Assembly (NCBI GenBank): GCA_031425655.1 | Contig: JANPJS010000160.1 | Location: 1-14,810 of the forward strand | Direction of reading: 5' to 3' | DNA length: 14,810 nt | Origin: Abditibacteriaceae bacterium | GTDB taxonomy: Bacteria > Armatimonadota > Abditibacteriia > Abditibacteriales > Abditibacteriaceae | Part shown: positions 1-6,608 of the stretch, piece after piece | How positions within the stretch are numbered: the first letter of the stretch is position 1 | How the letters are laid out: each line of letters begins with the position of its first letter | Made by a program: the position numbers and the translations under genes | The notes under the pieces: generated by a model | The model's database searches: none | What the model was told of the DNA's origin: nothing | Seen by the model: only the letters and a program-made list of their open reading frames with translations

Positions 1-108
1 ACACGGGCTTCGCACACGGAAACGACACGGATTTTCACGGTTTTTCTTTCGATTGATCCGTGAAAATCCCCGCCGTTGCCGTGTGCGAAGCCCGTGTTCT
101 ATTGAAAA
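1..108. repeat. Long imperfect palindromic element built from ACACGG units (left end cut by window edge)
   Basis: 1-19 ACACGGGCTTCGCACACGG is the exact reverse complement of 79-97. 29-40 GGATTTTCACGG is the exact reverse complement of 58-69. The right end CCGTGTTCTATTGAAA resembles CCGTGTTCCATTTAAA at 6550-6565. Confidence 0.9.
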
Positions 109-116
109 GGGTCTTT

Positions 117-1601
117 ATGGAACAGCGCATTGTCGGTGTAGAAACGGAATTTGGGTGCATGGTGCAAAGCGACCGTTTTGGCGGGCGCGGCTCGTCGGAG
201 CGTATGGTTGAGGCGGTTAAAGACCATGCGTTTTTACGGAAGCGTTTGGGTTTGCTCGATATGCACGCGCGTGACTACGCTTTCGAGCCGGCGCGCAGTG
301 GCGGTTTTTTATTGAATGGCGGACGGCTTTATGTAGATGCCGTCGGCTCGCATGAAGAATACGCCACGCCCGAATGCGTGACGTGGAGCGACGTTGTCGC
401 CTATGACCGCGCCGGGCGCGTGATTTTGCAATCGCTTCTCGACGACCTTGAACTGACCGACGACGTGGCGTTTTATGCTAACAGCGTGGATCACTTCGGC
501 GGACACACGTTCGGCTGCCATGAGAATTATTTGGTGGACATTTCGGCCAGCGCGTTTCGCGGCAATCTGGCGCTTTTGATGCCGTTTTTGGTGACGCGGC
601 AGATTTTTGCGGGCGTTGGGCGCGTGGGCGCGCATAAGTTGAATCGCACCGATTTTCGGCGCAACGTGATGACAATCGGCGAACACGACGTGGATACGAT
701 GTGGGTCGCCGATTTCTACGCCGTGGAAATTGATCCGACCGTAGATTTTCAATTGTCGCAGCGCGCCGATCACATCGTCAACGTGGTGTCGTCGCGCGTG
801 CGCTTTAACCGCGCGATTATCAACCCAAAGCGCGATTCGTTTTACGATTATTCGGATTTGCATCGCTTGCACGTCTTGTTCGGCGAGTCGAACATGAACG
901 AATACGCGATGTGGCTCAAAGTCGCCACGACGTGCATGGTTCTCGACTTGATGGACATGAAAGCGATTCCCGGCGAGGTGCGTTTGGACGACGTTTTAGG
1001 CGAACTCAAAAACGTCTCGCGCGACGAAAGTTATCGCTGGCCGGTCAAGCGCAGCAACGGCAAAAGCATCGGCGCCATCGAATTGCAGCGCATTTATTTG
1101 CAGGCCGCACAAAAGCATTTGGCGGGCAAAGACGAGCAAACCGACCTGGCTTTGCGCGAATGGGAAATCGTGCTGGACGGGCTGGAAAGCGACCCGATGA
1201 GCTTAGCTGACCGCCTCGATTGGGTCGCTAAAAAGCAAATGTTGCTCGATTTCATGGAAGCCGAAGACGCCAACTGGGGCGACGACGTTTTGCACTCGCT
1301 CGACATGGAATATCACAATATCAACCCGCGCAAAAGCCTGTATTATGGGCTGGAAGAAATGGGCGCGGCACGGCGTATTTGCACCGACGCGGAAATCGAA
1401 AACGCCACGCAAAACCCGCCGCAAAACACGCGCGCCAAAGGCCGCGCCGAGGTCATTAAGCAACTCGTCAAACGCCGCTGGAACCGCTATCTCATTGATT
1501 GGGACTGGGTGCGCGTGGACAAAGACCGCCACTTGGAATTACGCAATCCGTTCCTCACTTACGAGGCCGAAGCCGCCGCCTTTACCGAAGGATTGGAATA
1601 G
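117..1601 (+). CDS. pafA: Pup/UBact-protein ligase, PafA/Dop (proteasome accessory factor) family, PafA-like
   Basis: Family motifs run the full length: [89 protein letters not shown], IDW. The D-VGSH-EYAT segment is PafA-like rather than Dop-like (DHAHPEY). ATG 117 is preferred because the GTG at 60 lies inside the palindrome and family homology starts at MEQRIVG. Confidence 0.88.
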   Translation: [494 protein letters not shown]

Positions 1602-1621
1602 AAACCCGTTTTAACCGCCGA

Positions 1622-1696
1622 TTTTAACCGCTGATAAACACAGATGCACGCAGATCAATGAAATCTGCGTGCATCTGTGTTTATTAGCGGTTAAAA
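1622..1696. repeat. 34-bp-stem palindromic element (ACACAGAT/ACGCAGAT units) directly after pafA; may also act as terminator or mRNA stabiliser
   Basis: 1622-1655 pairs with 1663-1696 with one G-T mismatch and a 7-nt loop. TTTTAACCGC is duplicated just upstream (1609-1618). Confidence 0.92.
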
Positions 1697-1765
1697 CTGT
1701 TCCTGTTGATTTCGCCGGAGTTGGTGGAAGCGTAAACTGTCCGGCGAATGAGCGAGGTGAGCCGC

Positions 1766-2917
1766 ATGAATTTTGCGTGGAACCGTTTCTGGTTGCTGGT
1801 TGTGGCGCTGAGCCTCGGCGCCGCGCCGCTGCGTGCCGCGCGTTCGGTGGCAGAGTGGGAAAAGTTCGATTTCGCGCGGCAACGGCTGGCGTCTGACGAG
1901 ATTCGTGATTTGCCGCTTGGCGATCTGAAAAAGCTGCGCGGCATCCTTTTTGGGCGGCACGGACGCATTTTCGACGAGAAATTCATTCAGGATTATCTGA
2001 ATACGCGCCCGTGGTATCGCCGCGATGCGCGTTATCGCGTCGAGCAGCTTAACGCCGTCGAGCGCGCCAACATGGACGCCATCAAAGAAGCCGAATGGCG
2101 GCGCCATTCGCGTATTGTGCCCGGCGACTTGAAGTTTTATCGCAACAAAATTCTGACAAAAGCGCAATTAGGCCAGCCCTCGCTGGCCGAAGTTCGCATC
2201 ATGCGCGCCGAGATCGAGGCGATTCACGGCAAGCGATTTGACGACGAGCCGTGGCTGCAAAGCTTCTTTGATGAGCGTTACTGGTATCATCCGGCGCCGC
2301 GATACAACCCCGCCGCGCTTTCCGCCGCCGAACGCCAAAATTTGGCGCTATTGATGGCGCTCGAAAAGCAGTTGCGCCGCGTGCAACTGGCGCCCGGCGA
2401 TATGGGCCGTTTTCAGAATCAGCCGATTGACGCCGCCATGTTGCGCGGTTTGGGGCTTTATGAATTGCGTTTATTACGCAACGAAATTTACGCGCGGCGC
2501 GGACGGCGCTTTCGCACCGACTGGATTCAAAGCTACTTCGGCGCTCAGCCCTGGTTTAAGCCGCTGCCCGATTTTCGGGAGCCGTTGCTCTCGCCGCTGG
2601 AAAAGCAGAACCGCGACCTGATCGTGCAGTATGAGAATCGGATTCACGAGAATTTGGGCCGCGAAGCGATTAAGCCGAAGCTGCTGCAAAGCTTGTTTCT
2701 CGAAGACGCGCGCAAATTGCGGAATGAGATTTACGCGCGCCGTGGACGCGCTTTCAAAGACCCGTGGCTGCGCGGCTACTTTGGGAGTTTCGATTGGTAT
2801 AAAGCCAATCCGCGTTTTCGGGAATCGCAACTGAGCGCCATTGAGCGGCGCAACGCGAAACTCATTTTTGACTACGAAAAGCAGGCCGTAAGCCTGCTCA
2901 ACCAAGTCGCGGCGTGA
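1766..2917 (+). CDS. Secreted protein with four tandem YARHG domains
   Basis: N-terminal signal peptide (RFWLLVVALSLGAAPLRA). Four repeats: LRGILFGRHGRIF..PWY, MRAEIEAIHGKRF..YWY, LRNEIYARRGRRF..PWF, LRNEIYARRGRAF..DWY, each followed by an L-x-x-x-E-x-x-N helix. GAGGTG at 1754-1759 supports ATG 1766. Confidence 0.85.
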   Translation: MNFAWNRFWLLVVALSLGAAPLRAARSVAEWEKFDFARQRLASDEIRDLPLGDLKKLRGILFGRHGRIFDEKFIQDYLNTRPWYRRDARYRVEQLNAVERANMDAIKEAEWRRHSRIVPGDLKFYRNKILTKAQLGQPSLAEVRIMRAEIEAIHGKRFDDEPWLQSFFDERYWYHPAPRYNPAALSAAERQNLALLMALEKQLRRVQLAPGDMGRFQNQPIDAAMLRGLGLYELRLLRNEIYARRGRRFRTDWIQSYFGAQPWFKPLPDFREPLLSPLEKQNRDLIVQYENRIHENLGREAIKPKLLQSLFLEDARKLRNEIYARRGRAFKDPWLRGYFGSFDWYKANPRFRESQLSAIERRNAKLIFDYEKQAVSLLNQVAA

Positions 2918-2959
2918 TAGTTTATTTTCCTTCCGCGTGCCGGAAGATTCACACAAACC

Positions 2960-2977
2960 CATGCGCGAACGCAATCT
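2960..2977 (+). repeat. 18-bp direct repeat copy 1, CATGCGCGAACGCAATCT
   Basis: Exact match to 4751-4768. The pair brackets the beta-helix gene. Confidence 0.93.
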
Positions 2978-4739
2978 CAAACTCCTCGGAATCGTCCGCA
3001 CCATTTCCGTGCTCTCGCTTCTGACCTCAACGGCGACGGCGCAAACGCCGCCCGATTTTCGTCCGATGCTGCGCGAGGCTGTAAAAAATGGCCAACGCCG
3101 GGTGGTAATTCCACCCGGCGTTTATCGTCTGGCGCCCGAAGCCGGGCAAGGCGTAATCTGGACGCTGCGCGAGGCGCACGACGTGGAAATCATCGCCGAT
3201 GGCGTGACTTTAATCGGCACCAAACTCACGCGCGCTGTGATGTTCGACCGTTGCCGCAACGTCACGCTGCAAGGCTTGACGGTAGATTACGACCTGCTGC
3301 CGTTCACGCAGGGCACCGTCGCGGCAGTCGCGCCGGACAAAGGTTGGATTGACGTAAAAATCCATGATGGCTATCCGCGCCGGCCTTTCGCGCGCATTGA
3401 CATCGTTGACCCACAAACGCGCTACCGCAAAAAGGGAATGCCGTTTTTGTGGGGCACCAAAGCCGAAATGAGCGCGCCCGACACGGTGCGCGTGACGCTG
3501 AAAGATATCGGAAAAGCCGCCGTTCTTGGCGATTTCGCTTCGCTCAGCACCGGGCCGGAAAACGGCGGCATCGCGCACGGAATTACTGTTGAAAACTGTG
3601 CCAATACGAAGCTGAACAATGTGACGCTGCACACCGCGCCGGGCATGGGCATTCTCGAAGCCGATGGCGAAGGCCGCGCGCAATTTCTCGGCTGCAAAAT
3701 TGTGCGCGGCCCAAAACCCGAAGGCGCCACGCAGGAGCGTTTGCTTACTTCGACGTGGGACGCGATGCAAAGCAAAACCATAAAATATGGCCCGCGCGTG
3801 GAAAATTGTGTCATCGAAGACGCCGGCGACGACTCGTGGAGCGTGCAATCGAGCGATTTTTTGGTCGTCAAGCGCGACGGCAACACGCTGACTTTAGCTT
3901 CGCGCGACGAATGGACGGACGGCGTCCAAATCGGCGACCGCATTCGCGCTTCATTAGACAGCGCCGAAGCAAAAATCACCGCGCGCAAAATTGTGCGCCG
4001 CGACGAAGCCAATTTAGCTCCCGAAGTGCTGGAAAAGCTGAAAAACGCGCCGCCATATGCGTTATGGAACGTCAGCCCGAAATGCTTTGAAGTAACGCTG
4101 GATCGCACTTCGCCTTTTCAAATCGGCGACTCCGTTTTCTCGCCTGACCGGCAGGGCAACGGTTTCAAATTCGTCAACAACAAGATTCACAGCGCGGGCC
4201 GATTGCTGATAAAAGCGGGCGGTTTGGGCCTCATTTCGGGCAACGAATTCGATACGCCGCATAACATCACGATCTGCCCCGAAGTGCCCGGCGAGGCCGC
4301 TGCGGGCATTAAAAGCCTGATTATTCGCAACAACATCATTCGCGGCGCCGGTTATTTCTGCCCGGCGCCGTGGTCGGCCAGCGCCGGCGCGCTTTCCATC
4401 ACGGCGGCGACGGATAAACGCCCGCAATTGCGTCCGGCGGGCGTTTTCGACGGCATTCTCATCGAAGGCAACATCTTCGAGAATTGCAACGGCCCAAACC
4501 TCGTCGTCAGCTCGGCGCGCAACGTTATCGTGCGCGACAATAAATTCGTCGGCGCGCAGCAAACCAAGCCGAACGACACTGGCGCCAGCTACGGCATCGC
4601 CAACACCGCGATTATTTGGGTTAGCGACAGCGAAAACATACGTCTGGAGCAAAGTCAGACTCTTAATCCCGGCCCATTTCTGCAAAAAAGCGTGGTGTTG
4701 ACGCCGAGTGTGAAATCGGTTGCGGCATCAGGCCATTAA
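2961..4739 (+). CDS. Secreted right-handed parallel beta-helix glycoside hydrolase (GH110/alpha-1,3-galactosidase-like)
   Basis: Signal peptide ending ATA-Q. Motifs VIPPGVYR and NVTLQGLTVDYDLLPFTQGTV, plus beta-helix repeats (ENCVIE, IIRNNII, LIEGNIFEN, NVIVRDNKF). Acidic cluster WDAM...GDDS is positioned like the catalytic Asp residues of beta-helix GHs. Substrate cannot be determined from sequence. Confidence 0.72.
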   Translation: MRERNLKLLGIVRTISVLSLLTSTATAQTPPDFRPMLREAVKNGQRRVVIPPGVYRLAPEAGQGVIWTLREAHDVEIIADGVTLIGTKLTRAVMFDRCRNVTLQGLTVDYDLLPFTQGTVAAVAPDKGWIDVKIHDGYPRRPFARIDIVDPQTRYRKKGMPFLWGTKAEMSAPDTVRVTLKDIGKAAVLGDFASLSTGPENGGIAHGITVENCANTKLNNVTLHTAPGMGILEADGEGRAQFLGCKIVRGPKPEGATQERLLTSTWDAMQSKTIKYGPRVENCVIEDAGDDSWSVQSSDFLVVKRDGNTLTLASRDEWTDGVQIGDRIRASLDSAEAKITARKIVRRDEANLAPEVLEKLKNAPPYALWNVSPKCFEVTLDRTSPFQIGDSVFSPDRQGNGFKFVNNKIHSAGRLLIKAGGLGLISGNEFDTPHNITICPEVPGEAAAGIKSLIIRNNIIRGAGYFCPAPWSASAGALSITAATDKRPQLRPAGVFDGILIEGNIFENCNGPNLVVSSARNVIVRDNKFVGAQQTKPNDTGASYGIANTAIIWVSDSENIRLEQSQTLNPGPFLQKSVVLTPSVKSVAASGH

Positions 4740-4751
4740 GGACAATTTTTC

Positions 4752-4841
4752 ATGCGCGAACGCAATCTGAGTCCGCTGCAAATGTTCGAGGCGATGGCGC
4801 GCGAACACCAGCCACAATGCGCTTTTCGCGGCGTGGAATGA
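4752..4841 (+). pseudogene. Truncated 5' remnant (29 aa, MRERNLSPLQMFEAMAREHQPQCAFRGVE*) of the hydrolase at 5417
   Basis: Translated by hand: 23 of the first 27 residues are identical to the 5417 protein. The upstream RBS context is similar (AAGGACAATTTTTCATG vs AAGGAATTTTTCATG). Not in the ORF track because it is short. Confidence 0.9.
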
Positions 4842-4850
4842 GCTTAACTG

Positions 4851-5129
4851 TTACTCCGCCGGCTGATTTTTGTTTTCGAGTAATGAGCGGTTTTCGCGCA
4901 GCCATTTGTTTTCGAGGCGCAGTTCCAGTTTTTCGCGTTCGTGGTCGTCATGCTCGCGGGCGCGGTAAATCTCGAAGGCCAACTGGCGCACGGTGTCGTT
5001 GAGGTCTCTCATTTCACCGCGCATATCTTTGATTTCTTGTTGCAAGGACTTGATAGTTTCTTTGTTGTGCTGCAAATCCTGATTCATCAGGAAGATTTGC
5101 TTCATCAATTCGAGAATTTGTTTGAGCAT
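4851..5129 (-). CDS. Small coiled-coil hypothetical protein (92 aa, MLKQILELMKQ...)
   Basis: Heptad-like, charged helical sequence. The start at 5129 lies 2 nt after the stop of the upstream ORF, consistent with translational coupling. The longer 154-aa call overlaps that upstream gene. Confidence 0.7.
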   Translation of the reverse strand: MLKQILELMKQIFLMNQDLQHNKETIKSLQQEIKDMRGEMRDLNDTVRQLAFEIYRAREHDDHEREKLELRLENKWLRENRSLLENKNQPAE

Positions 5130-5131
5130 TC

Positions 5132-5353
5132 TCAGGTCGCCTTGAGTTGAGCCAAAACCCGGCGTGTTTCCGCCGCGATGGAGTGCGTTTGTTCCGTGAT
5201 TTGCTTCGTTTCCTCGCGCAGTCGCTCGATTTCCTGCTGGTCTTCCTGCATTTTGAGGTGTCCCGCGCGAATTGCGGTGAGATATTCGTCCATTGTCAAT
5301 TGCGCCTGCGCCCATTCAGCGGCGTCGGCTTCAAAAAGAACCGTTTTGCCCAT
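5132..5353 (-). CDS. Small coiled-coil hypothetical protein (73 aa)
   Basis: GGGAGA Shine-Dalgarno 7 nt before the ATG. Helical E/Q/R-rich sequence. Forms an operon-like pair with 4851-5129. Confidence 0.68.
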   Translation of the reverse strand: MGKTVLFEADAAEWAQAQLTMDEYLTAIRAGHLKMQEDQQEIERLREETKQITEQTHSIAAETRRVLAQLKAT

Positions 5354-5372
5354 TGTATTGTCTCCCGCATTC

Positions 5373-5416
5373 AGTGTAACGCCGCGCTATAATTTCTGAA
5401 AACGAAGGAATTTTTC
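5373..5416. promoter_or_regulatory. Putative back-to-back divergent promoters and RBS
   Basis: TATAAT at 5388-5393 (+) ahead of an AAGGA RBS and ATG 5417. TACACT on the minus strand at 5373-5378 ahead of the 5353 start. The intergenic gap is 63 bp. Confidence 0.5.
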
Positions 5417-6460
5417 ATGCGCGAACGTAACCTCAGCCCTTTGCAGATGTTTCTGGCCCTTGCGCACGAACACACGCCACAGTGCGCTTTTCGCGGCGAT
5501 GATTTCGCGGCGTGGAAAAGCGATGCGCTGCCGCGCGTGTTGAAAACGCTCGGCGATTGGCCGCCGCAAGTGGCGCCCGGCGCCGAACTGCTGGCCGAAT
5601 GGCAACACGACGGGCTGCGCAAACAGCGCTGGATTCTCGATGTCGGGCCACATATTTCGGCGACTCTGCAAATCAATTATCCGCCCGATTGGAACGGCGA
5701 AAAGCGCGCGGCGATTTTTTGCTGGCACGGTCACGGCGCGTTCGGCAAAGAGCCGGTCATGGGCAACCCGTCGCCGCAAATGCGCGAAGCGATTGCCGCG
5801 CATAACTACGATTACGGGCATCAAATGGCGCGGGCCGGATTCATCACTTTTGCGATAGATTGGCTGGGCGCCGGCGAGCGCAACGATTCGCGCAAGCCGA
5901 ACCATCGCGCGGCGCCGAACGCGGGCGATTGGTGCAATATTCTTTATTTGCACGCCACAATGCTCGGCACGACGACGCTGGCGCTGAATGTGGCGCACGG
6001 CAAAGCGGCGACGGATTTTGCGTGTTCGCTGCCCGGTGTAGACGAAAAACGGCTCGGCGTGATGGGGCTTTCCGGCGGCGGCACGATGGCTCTGTGGAGC
6101 GCGCTTTGCGACGAGCGTTTGCGCGCGATTGAAATCATGTGCTACAGCGATTTGTGGAAGTTGATGGGTGTGCGCGACAATAATTATTGCGGGATGCAAG
6201 TCGCGCCGGGGCTTTATAAATTGGTGGATTTGCCCGATTTACAAGGGCTTCTCGCGCCGCGTCCGCTTTTGGTGGACATCGGCGTGCATGATTCGTGTTT
6301 CCTCGTAGATGGTGCGCTCGAATGCTTTCACCAAGTCGAAGCGATTTATCAGGCTGCCGGAGCGCGCGAAAAGCTCGAACTCGATTTATTTCCCGGTGAG
6401 CATGGCTGGGGCGGCAACGAATCGGCGGCGTTTTTTGGGAAGCACTTGCTCAGCTTTTAA
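5417..6460 (+). CDS. Alpha/beta-fold hydrolase (dienelactone hydrolase/carbohydrate esterase-like), cytoplasmic
   Basis: CWHGHG oxyanion region, GFITFAIDWLGAGER, nucleophile elbow GVMGLSGGG, LLAPRPLL, candidate Asp (HDSCF) and His (GEHGW). Confidence 0.85.
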   Translation: MRERNLSPLQMFLALAHEHTPQCAFRGDDFAAWKSDALPRVLKTLGDWPPQVAPGAELLAEWQHDGLRKQRWILDVGPHISATLQINYPPDWNGEKRAAIFCWHGHGAFGKEPVMGNPSPQMREAIAAHNYDYGHQMARAGFITFAIDWLGAGERNDSRKPNHRAAPNAGDWCNILYLHATMLGTTTLALNVAHGKAATDFACSLPGVDEKRLGVMGLSGGGTMALWSALCDERLRAIEIMCYSDLWKLMGVRDNNYCGMQVAPGLYKLVDLPDLQGLLAPRPLLVDIGVHDSCFLVDGALECFHQVEAIYQAAGAREKLELDLFPGEHGWGGNESAAFFGKHLLSF

Positions 6461-6565
6461 ATGGAACACGGGCCTGCGGCACACGGAAACGACATGGATT
6501 AACACGGATTTTTGGTTTGATCCGTGTCGTTTCCGTGCCGGCGAAGCCGCCGTGTTCCATTTAAA
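6456..6565. repeat. Palindromic element of the same family as 1-108, overlapping the hydrolase stop codon
   Basis: 16-bp perfect terminal inverted repeat TTTAAATGGAACACGG / CCGTGTTCCATTTAAA. The internal CACACGGAAACGACA-GGATT is shared with 13-33. Confidence 0.92.
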
Positions 6566-6571
6566 CCCCAG

Positions 6572-6608
6572 CGCGCTATAATTTCTAAAACACGAAAGGT
6601 TTGATTTC
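6572..6608 (+). promoter_or_regulatory. Putative -10 box, short leader and RBS of the uronate isomerase
   Basis: TATAAT at 6577-6582 within CGCGCTATAATTTCT, which is identical to 5383-5397. AAAGGT RBS precedes ATG 6609. Confidence 0.55.

Noticed and set aside
1608..1697. Integron attC site (TTTTAAC...GTTAAAA ends)
   Set aside because: The ends only approximate RYYYAAC/GTTRRRY, the stem has no extrahelical bases, the other palindromes lack these ends, and no integron integrase is in the window.
4851..5315. 154-aa version of the minus-strand ORF
   Set aside because: The first 62 codons overlap the 73-aa gene in another frame and look non-protein-like; ATG 5129 fits translational coupling.
4752..5353. 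Small ORFs as the Pup/UBact modifier for the ligase
   Set aside because: None ends in a GGE/GGQ or GE/GQ-type C-terminus (ends are RGVE, QPAE, LKAT), and the 29-aa ORF is explained as a hydrolase remnant.
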